Source: Phallusia mammillata (lineage: Eukaryota). Taken from it: a stretch of DNA of 64,000 nucleotides. The notes beneath the pieces were generated by a model that worked only from the letters and a program-made list of their open reading frames with translations, was not told the DNA's origin and made no database searches. The stretch covers positions 12,524,001-12,588,000 of the forward strand of contig OZ281494.1 of the NCBI GenBank assembly GCA_965637545.1, in the 5' to 3' direction. Below are positions 23,264 to 37,448 of the stretch, piece by piece; position 1 is the first letter of the stretch; every line of letters begins with the position of its first letter. Position numbers and translations under genes: made by a program.

Positions 23264-25083
23264 TGGTCGTTGAAAAGCTTCAAAAGCGTAAAATGTTCAA
23301 AAAAAACTTCTGAAACGTACGTGTTAAAACTTTTGAAACTTATCGTCTTTAGTTTTCGAGAGATCGTATTGTGCGAATGTGCGCTGGTTTCAGAGAAGAC
23401 AAAGTTCAAACTTCAGACTTGTTTCTTAAAATACAAAATTGCTAAATTTACGCCAAGGCGGGAATGGTATATCTACGATTTTTTAGTGCCGGCCATTGTA
23501 CAAACAATAATATTTATGATTTATTTTAAAAGAATTGCGTTATTTTTGCAAAAAAAATTAGAAAAAGAGTTGCTGACCAAAGCAAAACTTCTGAACCAAA
23601 CATTTCTAACGATTTAATACATTGCCTAAAAATTTGAATTTTTTTTTGCGACAACTTTGCCATCAACTTTCACTACGGGACTTTCCCGTTGTAGATCCAC
23701 AACGAGGAAGCGATGTTTTCGTACGAAAGTTTGCGTTGTCTTGTTCTTGTTTTCCCACTTGGATTAGTGACCCAAGTAACAAAAAAAAAACGTTTAACGC
23801 ACCATCAAAAAGCATCTTTTTGTTCTATGTAAGTTATATAATTTGGTTGTGTGATATATGGTGAAAATTCCTGTGGTTATTTGAAAAATTGTGGGAAATG
23901 TTTGTGTTTCTTAATCGATGGTGCTATTGTTTACAAAAACACAATACTCTGCTGTAGAAGCAAATATTAGATTTTATCCCTCCTTTGGTTAGTACTTACA
24001 AGTGGTGACCCAAAATAGATATATTAGTGTGTTCATGTTCATCTTGTGCATGTTTGTTATAATAACTATAAAGATTAAGTAACAGCAATTAGCTGCCACT
24101 TGTTTTGGGATAATCTTTATTTTTGTAAACTTCCATTGCTTCAACATTAAATTTACTAAGTCGGTGGATTGATATAAAAGTAGTTTTTTAAACTGCCAGT
24201 CATAAAACACCAGTGAGTTGTGTCAACCACCAACACCAAGTATCTTACTTGTTTCCGCGTTAAAAACAGTCACTGTCAAGGTGTACATACATTTATAAGC
24301 AGTAGTTGTGGTATCAATTAGTGTCTGACCAAAATGTCATATTTGACTGGTTGGAAACAGTAAAAAAAATAATTATCCAACATTTAAAGGTGTTTGCATG
24401 GACAGATACTAGAGACAAGTATTAAGAAAAATGTATTTTATGCTTGTAATATGCATTACAAATTGCAACTCATGGTAAGTTTAACACATGATGATTTGTA
24501 ATGAAAGGTTTTCTAAAGCTGATATGTAACCTACTGGTTTAGTGAGTAGTGAGTACCACTGCAACGATTTGTAGAATTTTAATAGTGCTTGTTTCCTACT
24601 TTTGTTTTTCTCATTCATTTAAGTGCAATTCCATACTACAATACAATGTCGCAAACACTGGAGTTATAAGCACTTCATCCTGCATTAAGAAAGTTTTCTG
24701 ACATAACTTATGAATTACTGTATTTTATTTATTTTAATATTTTATGAAGTGCAATGCACTACAATTATTTTTCCTTATTTTCCTTCCATATAACTCTATC
24801 CAACATTTGCAGCATGTTTTACATTAACATGCAAATGTACATAACTATACATTTCACTGTATAGTAGTCTATGAATTACAATAGACAATGATGTTGAAAC
24901 ATCATGTTCTATACAAATATATTGTATATATTGGGTTGTTTGTTTTATTGTTAGAATCTTTAAAACCCGGAATTGTGTATGTAAGTAAATTATATTTTTC
25001 ACATTTATTTTTAAAACACTTTAGATCTGAGAATAAATTTAGAAAAGTCTAAAAATGTATGCATAAATAAGATCTGAAAAAAG

Positions 25084-28000
25084 ATGAACGCATCCACGCA
25101 ACCTTGTTTCATGCTTACTGGGTTTGAAAAGACTGAAAGACTTGAACTTGTAAATATCATAAAGCAGATGAATGGACTTTTCATATATGATCCTGCTGAC
25201 CAACAGGTAGGATATATATATATATAATAAGAACAGTTTTGTTAACTGATACATTGCTTGCAATGTTTTGGGGAAACTTTGTCAATAGGAACAGAAAATT
25301 GTAGGAAATACTGAATTACTGATGTTTGGTAGTGTTCACAGATTAATATTGTTTAACATTTTCCTTTTTGAGCAGAAAAATCAAAGCCAGTATATTTGTG
25401 TAAAACATAACGACGCTTGGACAAGTGCTATTGTCATCACCAGGTGTTAAGAACTCTTTTATTCATGATCAACATGTATTCAGATTATTGAAGCAGATTC
25501 CCTATTGATTTTTTGGTATTTGTAGGCATTTCTTCCTGGCTGTACTCATATGATTGCTAAGAAACCATGTAAAAGTTTAAAGTTTCTTTCTGCTCTTGCA
25601 ACGGGTAAGTACTATTTTGAATGTTTTTTTTGCTGAAATAAATCCACACAATGAAAAGATTTTGCTGCCAGTGTGCAGGGCATTCAATCAATAAATGTGT
25701 TGTCAAAAAGCTTTGTGTCAAAGTGAAAAATTACACAAATCTGAAATTTTAAATGATGTGGTAAATTAAAAATATTACCACAAAAATTTGCCTAAAATAT
25801 TTGCAAAAAAATGATCCTCATTTGTTTTTTATTGATTACCCATGCATATGCCCTTTTAGTCTTGTGTAAATACACCCTGTTTGCCCCCTGTCAAAGTAAC
25901 ATGCATATCCATTGCAAAATATGGCATGTTCTCAGTCTACACAAACATGAAGATTGGATTGGAGACAGACAGGGTCAACATTCTGTCAGCTGTGCAAATA
26001 AACCATAAGCATTCACTCAGCAGGCTGTAGGAAGTGCTTTAACATATTTGTCAGGTTTGGGTTCCTCAAAAAGTAGGTGGTGTATTTGAACCAGTGTAGG
26101 TATAGGGGCACTTCCCCAGAGGGAACACAGGTCTTATGTCCCTATATGATTTACATTAGTTGTTTGTTTGTTTTTTGGACAAAACTTTATAGGGGTAGAT
26201 AAGGTCAAGATGGTGTGCCAGTACATAAATTTGATAAAGTTTGATATTAAAAACATTTTTTTTTGTTAGAAATATGTTGGACATTTAATACTTATAGCTG
26301 TTTTAATAACTTTGCTAAGATGCATTGACTAACTAGAATTTATATTTCCTGTGTTACATTGCTAATTTGAAGAAATTTGTCTAAGCCACTAAAGAGGCTA
26401 TTTGTGATTGTTAATTTTTTTCCTTATCCTACATTAAAACAAACAATTATTTCAAAAAACTATGCCACCCTAGCAATGCTCCTATGGCAATAGATAACAC
26501 TCATTCCAGCAGAGTGACAAATCCCCTGTCTACAGAACAAGGTACTTCAACAGACAGGCTGTAGGGGTTGCTGAAAGGCAAGGTTAATCCCACCCTTGAA
26601 CCAAAACGCTTAACCATGGCGCTATACCCCATACTTGCCTCTGTCATGGCCAATTAGGATAACTTCCAGTGACTTACTGATGTTGGTTGGCAGGCAAATG
26701 GATTCTGAAACAGGAGTTTTTACGCCAGAGTTTAAAGTCTAAGTCTTGGTTGAATGAACAAGATTATGAATGGACAGATAAGGACAGCGGCACCAATGAC
26801 ATGGTTGAACTGTTTAAGGCAAGGGTTTGTGACTTTAGTTTGGTGTTGATGTTTGTAGTTGATTTATTTAAAGAAATAGACAAAATTACTATTGGACGAA
26901 GGGCATGTAAAAAGAGGTTGTTTGTCTTTGCAAAAACTTACACACATCAATTTCAGAATATAAGTTTGCTGCTAAATGTTAAAGTTGCTTGTTTTGGATT
27001 TAATGTAGCTTCGAGTTTTGCCTTGGTTGTTGTACACTTGTGCGAATTAACCGGTTTTTATCTCATTTTTCACGAACTTTGTGCATTTAGCAAAATCGTT
27101 TTTTTTTTTTTGTTTATTTGAAAGGAGATCAATTATGTGCCAAATATATATTACATATTTTTGTCCACAGTTTTAACTAGACAGGTTATAGTGTAACGTC
27201 GCCTTTCTAAAAAACAACAGCACAAAGGCGATTAACGCGAACGCCCATTTTTACATTACGTTTTACCTCCTAACTATTGTCGACGAATATGACAATTTAC
27301 TTTCTTCAGCGACAAATGCATCCATTTTATGTTATTCTAGTTTTTAAAATTCAAGGTTGTGTTTTCAGGCGCCAAGGCGTTGGCGAACCAAGATTGCTAC
27401 GCAGAACCAGAGGCCGCCATTTTGTGGCTGGAGAGTTGGTTTCGAAGTACCAAAGAAATATTTCTCCACTTACAAAAAGTAGGCAAATTGGTAATTCTTA
27501 TGCACTGTAAAATCTATGCCAAGTCTCCAACTTATTTATTCCATAATCCAGTTTCGCAGAACTAAAGAGCAATTTCCGTGTTTCTAACATTTTTTTCGGT
27601 TTATTTAGTATTCAGCATGAGTCTAGGAATTTCAGGATGACTTGACAACGCGTGAAAATGTTTTTGATCGCTTCATATCGTTTTTCTGTCCTTTGTTGAC
27701 AGCATTTATGTATTCCCAAAAGTTTAAGTTAATATTTTACGTCGGCTTGACACCAAGTTCAGCTGCAAACTCAAGCTTATGCAGAATGCCTGCGGCCAAC
27801 CAAAAAAGCAATTTCTGTTGTGTAACGGTAGAGTTAAAACACAGGTCAAGCGCAGGTCACTAGAGTTGCGTTTAAGTGACAAGGGGTTCGCTTTATAATC
27901 CCCTCACCTTAAAAGCCTCTTCGTGCTTTGAAACATAGCGCTGTGAGAAGGAAAGTGACTTCGATTTCAAATGTGCACGTTTTTATTCCATCCAAAACCG

Positions 28001-30901
28001 TGGACAAAAATGGTGGTTCCGCAATTGCCATTTGTGAACTTGCAACACGGCTGATTGGTTCTAAGGGTAACTGTTTTTGTTGAAGTACGATTTTAAATGC
28101 TGTTGACCAAACAGGGAGAGTTAGAAAACTTTTTTTGTGGAGATATAGAGCTTTTTTGCATTTGTTTTTTTGCACGTAGAGATAGTAGGTAGACACAAGA
28201 AAGGTTATGTTTTAATTTAGGAATGTAGAGCAAATAACAAGGAGTGGAATAAAACACCTGATAACTGGATTGACTCTGTATAGGTCCGGTAGAAGCATGT
28301 TTATTGTACTTTTCAGAGAAGAAATATTCTGTAAATGTTAACATTAACTTGCTGACTGACCCGGTATTTACCAAAAGTGTACTACAACCACCGCTAGACC
28401 ACTAAATATGTGTTCTGGTAATAGCCTTCAAACTCTCATAGAATCCATTGTTAGAAGCTTCGATTGCTAGAGCTCAACAGATCAAGTTAGTTTTTTCAGC
28501 TAATCCCACCCAAAGTCAATGACAGACCCAAGTAATCTTAAGCTGATGTGTTGTAAGATAACGGCACAGGCCTAGGTGCAGTTCCAAATGCATGAGTGCC
28601 TGTTTGACGAACCGTTGTGTTTTTCCTTAGGTTTTTATATTACAAAACTATTTAGGTTGCATGCATGTTTATAAAATCGATAATAATTTTTTGTATTTTG
28701 TAGTTTTATTGCTTGTCGCGGTTTTAAATCGTGACAGTCTTGCTATGCTTGTGTGCAGTTTGATATTTCAGTTTGTAAGGGTGTGATGTGTAGAAAGTGG
28801 TAAATTATTACGTTATATCAGCACCAATGTGTTTAATTGGATGCGTGAGAAAAACAGAAAATCGAATATTCCAAGTTATGATGATTTGCAGAAATCTATC
28901 TTGCTCTTCTATATTTTAGCCCTTGCTGTTTGTAGATTTTGTAGTGACTGACGGGGCCTTTACAGCTAATGGGCACATATAGGTTTTGAAACATTTTCGT
29001 TTAATGCTTTTGAATCCAATGCATTGCTTCTTTTTTATCACTTTGATATCACGGACGGTTAAAAACGATACACTCGATTGTGCCTTAACAAGCATTCGAG
29101 TAGGTAATGCACGTTTTACGGTCATGTGCTATTTCGAAGGCAATATGAAAACGTTTTCCAGGTTATTAATCTTTTAGGGATTGGAATTTAAAACCAGTTA
29201 TTTGCTGCCAAATTCTCAGGTTGAACTTGCCATGTCTAAATACCTTCCTACCGCTGTACAATACCCACTGTGACAAACCTCCAATATCACAGAACTTTGT
29301 AGCACCTGCTCGCCTAAATCCTACTTGAATCCGAATTGAGCCAGGGATAATCCGAAATCGACATTCTAGTACCCAGATGTCTGCTTGATGCCGAGCCTCG
29401 AGCTTTGGATCGCGTTGTAATTTTTCATCCAACCACTAAGTCCCTGTCAAACGTAGGCTTTGCTCAGCCAATACTTTGACCTCTCGTTAACCTACTCGTT
29501 AATCAAAGGCTGGTTTGTACTACACCGGTTCGGCCGCAGCATTCTTGTTTTAGGTCAATTTCGACTTATGTTGCTGTGTGTGGTTTTCCTGTCTGGTCTT
29601 TGCGTGCAATCGTTTGTACATTTTTGTTTTACTGTCTTGACGAAGGCCGCCTGCATAGAATGTCGAAGCAATGCAGCTGCCAAAAAGAAATATTATAAGT
29701 GTTACAGTATTAGTTTGTTGGTTATGTTCTTTTTACATTTTCGGCATTTTTAGCAGTGGAAAATCATCATGAGTGGTTTGAAAATATTATTCAGAGTAAA
29801 CCCGTTCTCATTGGTCCGAGAGCAACCAATCATAAAGTATGGATCAAAGTTCAAATATTTCTTGGGATGTTTTCCGATAACGATATTAGCGCTCTGTAGT
29901 ATTACATCATCAGTGGCCTGGATTCGAGTCATGTCATATTGAACCAAACACACTTTTGAGGTGAAGTGTAAACTTGTCCCATCGTTTCTTATCGTATCTT
30001 GTTGGCGTTTACTTGATGTTACTTCGTAGTGGTACATGAATGTAACATACACTCTTGTCTGGTTGTTACGTGTAAGTTATGCATCAGCAACATTTTATGG
30101 CCAGCTTCGAAAAACTCATCTGTTCTTTGACAAGTATATTTTAAACTTTTTTTGTTTTGGTTTTGGCTTACAATTTGACAAAATAGTTTTTTTGCCGAAC
30201 AGACAGTATAAACGATCGCCATGTAGAAAATATTTGAAATGTTATGCTTGGAAATACTGTATAGGACTGTTTCATTACAAACATTTTAATTTTTTGTGTC
30301 TTGTTTCTTTTTCATCTGAAATGGTTAACCATATTACAAGAGTTTGAAGCTAACTAATTGTGAATAGACACCTTTTAAATGTGACTATTATTTACAAAAA
30401 TGATACAAAGAAAACCGTTTTTAAACGTTTTAATTTTATGTATCAGCTGGATTTAAATTCAGCAATTTTAATTTCACCTTAAAATTATTACAATTTTTTT
30501 AAATGATTTATTTTGTTAACCAGGTCGAATTGTTCAGTAGTCAAATTGCAAGATGCCAACGTCGATATTTTTCGATCACAGGTTGTTGGAAACTGGCGGA
30601 GGCTCTGCGAACCAAGTACAAAACAGCACTTCAGAGTCTTACACTCACATACTCGTTCATCCAAGTACGTCATTTGTTACGTCAGACTTGTGACACGATC
30701 ATTTAAATCTAGAATTCTACATGTAATGTTGAACCAGTGTGGCAAACACTGTTAGTCTGCCACAGTATAATGGCTAAATGTTTTTGCGTATATTTTCTTA
30801 TGAGACCCTTTTTCACAGGACTAACAAAGAATGTGCAGCGATTCCACAACCGGGGAATTCCCTGTCTAATCTATGAATATTTGGCGCAGTATTTGATCAA
30901 G
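25084..30901 (+). CDS. SLF1: SLF1 (ANKRD32/BRCTx)-like, exons 1-6 encoding tandem BRCT domains
   Basis: Exons 25084-25206, 25526-25604, 26694-26818 (or 26824), 27369-27478, 30582-30664, 30819-30901, in phase. FMLTGFEKTE, CTHMIAKKPCKSLKFLSALATGKWIL, WLNEQDYEW, APRRWR, FCGWRV, LLETGGG, YTHIL, YEYLAQYLIK track the SLF1 N-terminal BRCT pair as I recall it. Ends in an open phase-0 donor with no stop. Confidence 0.85.
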
Positions 30902-33900
30902 GTAAATGGAGTTTTTATTCAAATGGCAGTCATTCTTTTTTCCTGGAACAGAATGTAAATCATTTTCTGCTGAGACCCCATGCCATGATTTGTGGCTGTA
31001 GAATTTAGTTTTTGCGGGAGGTAGTTTACTTGCAAAGCTGTTGTAAAAGGCAATTGAAATTATGTTGCAGTTGCTATTGCGACAACCGTTTTACACTCAA
31101 ATGCATATGTGAACCTAACGGTTGTTTTTTTTTGTAACATGCGTCTGAAAGTCATAGCGTACCCAGCTGTTCCAGTGCTATGGATCAAAAGAATCAGTTG
31201 GCATTTTGTAAATGTCAAGGAAAAACAACGTTTCACATGCGGTAATCCCCCGATAAGTTAGAGTTGTTAGTTTAAATACCACCGTGGAGAAATTCTTGCT
31301 AGTCATAACTGACTACTAAATGTCCAGTGGTAGTTGTAGAGTTTTACTAAATAACGTAAATTAAAAATGCACATTAGAATTTTCTTCAAACTGCTTATTG
31401 CGTAATAAAGTAAATGCCATGACAACCGGTTGGTAGTGGAAACGCCGTTAGACCTGACCACGTGATGAATAATTTACTGGCGGGTATTTATCGACAATAT
31501 TCCGTTAAATAATTTAACGTCACCTTTTTACGACCTATCCCGTTCGATCTGGTTTGTTTAACTCTAATGTACGCAACTTTTTGTCTTGTATTTATGGAGT
31601 GCCATTTTTTGGCTCTTATGAGTGCCCAAAATGGTATGTGGACTCGAAACTTTTTCATTATGATATCTTATTTTTTTAATTGTGGGGTTCTTACTAATGT
31701 TTTCAGATATTTAACTCACGAGAATGCTTGCTTGTCCTTTTTACGCATTAATAAGAACCATTGCATCTACAAACAAATCTTTTCCAATTTTGAAATAACA
31801 ACGGTCCTGCAGAAATTTCGTTAACAACAACTGCTTTAATGCGACTTTGTTTTGGGGCAATCTCGAGTTTTGGCATCAGTCCTGTTCTGTTTAGTGTCGA
31901 GATATTGTTGTCGCCAGATGGCGCACAGGATAACTTTTTAAATTCAATTGATTTGGATCAATTGTTGTAGCAAGGGGGTTGAAAGTGATCCTCAAACAAC
32001 CCTTTGTGGTTTTAAACAAAATTAGTTACATTGTCTCAAACACCTACACGTCGATATAAATAATAATTTAAATCGACAGAGAGATTAAATTAAGTTACAA
32101 TATAAACTCTTTCAGTTTAAAACTTCAAGAAATAATACCTGAAATGAAGAGACTGCACTTAGGCAGGCATCAGAGCCGAACTTGAATTCATTGGTTGCAT
32201 ATCCAACTTTGATTTGCTCAGTTAAATGGGAAGAAAATGATAGAAACAGAATGTTTTCCCATTACATCATTACTTAGAGAGAGCTGTAGTCACAATACAG
32301 TACCACAACACCAGTTTCCATTACACTTCTTACATAATGGCGCGAAACTTACAATTGGCGGCATGTAGCTCGTCTAGACCAAGATACGTGACACTGCTGA
32401 ATGCCTGACCCGTCGATCAGTTTGAAAACTCACTGATCAAGTTTCAATTAAGGCAGATCCACAGACGAGTTTATTAGCAGTCGCTTAAAACGTGCTTTGG
32501 CTGTTATTTTTAATTAAACTCACAACGACTGGTCGTGTTATGGTGGCCAAACTGGTCTTTTAACTCGTTTGTTGTTTTTATTGTGTGGCTGTTTACTGCA
32601 CTCCTTATGCCGTCAAAAATCTGAATTTGCTCAGTCAAAATCCGGGAAATCCCCGAATTTGCGACTATCTAAACCTTTGAGTTGACAGAACGGTCACGTG
32701 ACCTGTCAACGACTCGGGGTCATAAATCAAAGCTTTCCACCACTTCCAATTCGCCGCAATGTCGCGGTCGTTCTTCACGGGGATTAACTTCCCCTATTGT
32801 CCATGATGTCAACACCCGAATTTTGTACTTTTTGTTGTTGCCCCGATGGCGGCTTGAAAAGGGTGTGGGTTTTGGCTCGAATTTGATTGTCGGAACAAAT
32901 TAAACCCGGGTTCTGGATTTACTGAGATTTTTACCATTTTAGAAATATACATTGGTTAGGTTTTAATGTAGTTCTGTCAAATATAACGCCCTGAAAAAAA
33001 AACTGAATGTTTTGAATGTTTTCTGAAAAGCGATCTATAGTATTGGTACATTAGCATAGAATCGTCAAGCTCTAAAGGTTGTCCAATCAATTGACCCACA
33101 TTAAGTTTAGCACACCGATTTGTGAATGTTGGCAACTTTTTATTCACTTTACATGTATATAGTACATCTTATATTTAGTGTGGAAATCCGTACCTAAAAA
33201 TTTAAATTTAATATCTTCGTGCAACAGTTAAAAGTTGGTTAAAATTCAGGTTTATTCAACAAAAAAATCATTTTTTTATCCACGTAGAACAAAATATCAG
33301 TTACGATGCTACAATTTAATAAATCAAGTTAAACGTTCATTAACTTCACTTTGTAGAACTTTATTTACTCGAGACGCCATTTTATCGGCTTTTAAAGAAC
33401 TGTAATATTTTTGGCGTTTGTTCGATATATGTTCACCAGCTCTTGATTTTTTCCACTTTTTGAACAATAACCCTGGAAACCTCCTTCGAACTTTCAAATA
33501 GTTTATTCGCAACAAACACAATGAAATCGTTTATTTGATAACAATAGGCGTGACACCGAGGCAAGTATTTAAAGAAGGATAATTTGAAAATTAAGTATGT
33601 CCCAGCCGACTTTAATAAAGTTAATTTGTTTTACCGATTTAAAGCATTATTTCTATTGCTCCGTCAGTTTAAACCTAACACCTCACTATAAAATGATATT
33701 ATTGCATGTTAGAATTTACGATTTACTGTCACTTATCCAACCACCTATTTGCCAGCACTTAAGTTTTATTCATAACACATCAGTTATCCTATGATTATCA
33801 TTTTTGCGCCGTGAAAAAACAATTTAAGCTATCACATAAACACTTTTAGTTTTACACACATAATTTTGGCGATTGATTTAGTTAATTATCCGTGTATACC

Positions 33901-36900
33901 TCTCAATAATACTGTACAACATAACAAAACCTTGATATGTTTTCCAAGAAAATGTGTTTCACCACTGCTTTGGAGAAATATTGGCTAGTTTCTCTCCACA
34001 TTTTTTTGGTGAATTGGTTGGGTACCGAGTGTGTCTTTGAATGTTGAGACGGATTGACGTCAATTTAGGGAAATGTATTCGCTTTGACAGACACAGATGA
34101 CAATAACGAAACGGCAATTGATTTTAAAAAAACTATGTGACATCTGTAAGCTGCAGACAGTGCATACTGTTTCGGCCTATAAGGTCCCATCAGTGCAGCT
34201 GGTGACAAGACATAAGCCGTGTTGGCTAGTGTGATCATCTAACGGAACTTCAGTTTGCTGGGACTATGTTTTTCACCCTAACACATTACACACTTTTATT
34301 TGAGATCTAATTTGTAGAGGGCAAGAAGCATTGCTAAAGCTGCAGTACTCGCAACATTCGTTAGTGGGGCTTGAGCAGTATTCACTTAAGCACAGCTCGT
34401 ACTGCTATACAACACTTATCTAAGTCATGTTCCGCTTAAAACCACCAGATAAGCAAGCAAAAGGAGCTGTACGCAGAAGTTTGCGGTTTGATTGCGACTC
34501 ACCGCTAAATGTAGTTTGCCTTCATGTTACAACTCCCATTTGTTTAAAGTGTTCTCTGGGAGAAATACAGACGTTTCATCGATCTGTTGTTTTTCTTTAA
34601 ATTTGCACCGACTCCTAAATGATGTTTGTTGTGTCTGTTGTTAAACCCGCCAGTCGTTTGCACGTCATAATACTCATCGATCAATCGTCGAATAGCTCGA
34701 AACAAAATGGCTGACTCTTCAAGGAAGTACCAGCACTGTGTGGTCTCCCTTACAATGCAATGGAAACTGTGCTTTAATAGTTTCAAAACGCTAACCCTTT
34801 TTATCCGCTTTCGGAAGAGGCTTCCACTACTTCTTGCAGTTTGTTGTTGGAATCTTTTCTGCATTTCTTGCCTAAATAAACCTGTGTTTGTTAGTTAGTA
34901 GATAGTCGGTACACCGATTAGATCAAAACAAATACTCTTGACAAGTTATGCTTTGAATATTCACTACAGTGATGAATTCTTTCAGGGTTTAAAGTGGAGA
35001 ATTAGATGTTGTCAATGTAATCCATGTTACATCTCTGATTTAGGACATCTGTGTTGTAGCTTGAAGTCTTGTGTTTTGGTTAGATTGTGCTTCGTGTCCG
35101 TTTGGTTTCATTTGGCAGCTATATTACCGGTATTAACAAGTGGAAAGTATCAAACGGAACGGAATAAAAGCAAGCTTTTCCCAACCAGGTATACCCACCA
35201 AAAAAAAAAGATTTTATGGCAATTTTACGACGCAACGCCATTACATCACTTTTAATAAAGGTCACATAAGTTCGTCAATTCAGGCAACTACAAAACAATT
35301 TCAACCTTTTCTGAAACCCCCGTGAACTTGTTTTGATTCAAAACCGGTAACAGTTGCTCGCTTGCGGTGTGCGCATGCGTCATAGGCTGTCACGGTTCGT
35401 TGATTTTCACTTCAAGGTCGCCCGCCCTGAACCAGCTGGTTGTAACACAGGCATGGATGCATGTCCGTGAGTCTATTGTCCAGGAAACGGGTTTCCACGC
35501 TTCGCTCATTGGGTTTTGGGATCTTGTGTGGCAAGAAATGTGAATAATTTATGTTTGTTTGTTATTTACTTTTTAAATCAATTTGTCGATGTGTTTACGC
35601 TGTTCAGGATACCAATGCTTCCAACCTAAAGAGTTTTCCTGCCACGAAGCACAGCCTTTTTGCCCGTCAGTCGTGCACAATTCTAAGAAATGTGTAAAAC
35701 TTTTGCTTTTTGTAAAGCGGCAAAGTTTGTTGAATTAATGAATATACTTGTGTGTCTAACTCTGTACGTCGAACTGTAAAGTGGAGACGGCGATCAGGCT
35801 GTCCAAACATTAACATATAATATGGTAAACGCTCGAAAAACGCATTTAGCAGTTGGATTCGAACCCACAACTACAACTTTGGCTACATCGCGCTTCTCGC
35901 AGACCTGATGTTCAGAGGTATTTTTCGGGTAACGTTCAAACCAGTCCTCCTTTCACTTTTCTCACAACACTGCGTCGATTGTTGCATCCTACTCAGACCA
36001 ATAATCATTTCGACAATAGAAAACTCATTGCCAATACCGCAGTCGCCACACAACGGTTCACACTCCTTTCTACACAGTGGCTTATAAGGGGTGAGTGAAT
36101 CGATGTCGATTTTGCGAGTAACTGATTTCCGATAACCGCTCTTGACCTGCCATGATCTGAAACTGTAGTCTAGCCACCCTGGTCAATTTACTTTTCAAAA
36201 ATTTATCTGTAGGAGAGTAGATTTCTGATGTGATACACCGTTTATAGGTTAGTAGATAGGGTACTTGTTGCATTTTAGAGGTATTTTTTAGAGCTATGTG
36301 AATGAAATGAGTAATATTTGACTTGGGGGTGACTTTGTGAAACAAATCGGATCGACCAGGTTTCAATTAACAAGCGCGTCGATTTTACAATACTGACCTA
36401 TTTGTGTTTGTCTTTGACGTCGTTTGGATTTATAACCTAAGTTACTTTAGTCACTCGCAGCAAATGTTTTGTTTTGAGTACTTCGATAACAAAGAAATCA
36501 GATACTTCCATACAAGATAACAATCGTTTACCATTCTCAAGAAACCAAAAGTAACGTTTTTAATTTTTACTACATTTCTTGATGAAATATTTCATGTTGT
36601 AATTGTTATTGGTGGTAAGAGACATTGCTTGTGAATCCTAGTGCCGCCATTTTATGTCTTGTTTCCTGGGTCACATCGTGGATGGTGCAGCATTTGACCT
36701 ATCATATCATTTGCGTAAGATTTTACAATGCACAAAGCAAATTTAAACACAGCTAAGTGCTAGGAATGAGACTGTAACAATGTTTTTACTTTACTTTGTG
36801 CAAGAGACATATTACTAATTCACGCAGTGTGTTTGTGTGGTTTTTATTTTTGTGTTAAAAGGCAAACTAAATAATGAACTAATGTAAATAAAACTTTATT

Positions 36901-36948
36901 TTTGGAATACATTCTTTTTATTAGAACGTTTATAGGATTCGTATAGAT

Positions 36949-37448
36949 CAGGGGTTCCCAACCGGTGGTACGCGTACCACTAGTGGTACGCGAAGGTTTT
37001 TTAAGTGGTACGCGAGTAGCTTTCGTTTTTTTTTCACAAAAATTTGGATTCACAACTTTCTATTTTGTTTATCTGGTTTTGTTTGCAAAAAAAATTCCCC
37101 AAGCCTCTTCTTATTGTTACGTAACTATTTCTGTTGTTTCGTATCATTGCGATTTACAAACTACAGGTCATGTCAATTGCCAACAAGAAGCACAGTTGCT
37201 TTGAAAAGTTGTACAACGCTGTGGGACAGTGGGCGTTGATTACGGCAAATGATTGCTCAGCCAATTGGTGGACAGTAAACAAAAGCAAAAATATCATTAA
37301 ATTTGCTTTAGTGTTATTTTAGTAGGCCAATATTATTATTCTTAATAAAATATGATTCGATTAAATAAGTTGTTCTGCAAGAAGTGGTACGCGTGGCAGT
37401 ACAAAGCGTTGAAGTGGTACGAGATCGAAAAAAGGTTGGGAACCCCTG
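36949..37448. mobile_element. hAT-Charlie-like MITE, 500 bp
   Basis: Perfect 15-bp TIR CAGGGGTTCCCAACC / GGTTGGGAACCCCTG. Perfect 8-bp TSD GTATAGAT (36941-36948, 37449-37456). Repeated GTGGTACG subterminal motifs. Confidence 0.95.

Noticed and set aside
25084-30901. TopBP1 C-terminal BRCT7/8 assignment
   Set aside because: The BRCT pair starts at the initiator Met with an upstream in-frame region closed, and no further BRCT exons precede it, which fits SLF1.
20403-30901. Functional link between the transposon SUMO-protease-like domain and neighbouring SLF1/SMC5-6
   Set aside because: Adjacency of one decayed insertion is not evidence of coupling.
35850-35900. tRNA gene (GGGTTCGAATCC on the minus strand)
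   Set aside because: Only a T-loop/B-box-like motif. No acceptor, D or anticodon stems can be formed, so at most a SINE relic.
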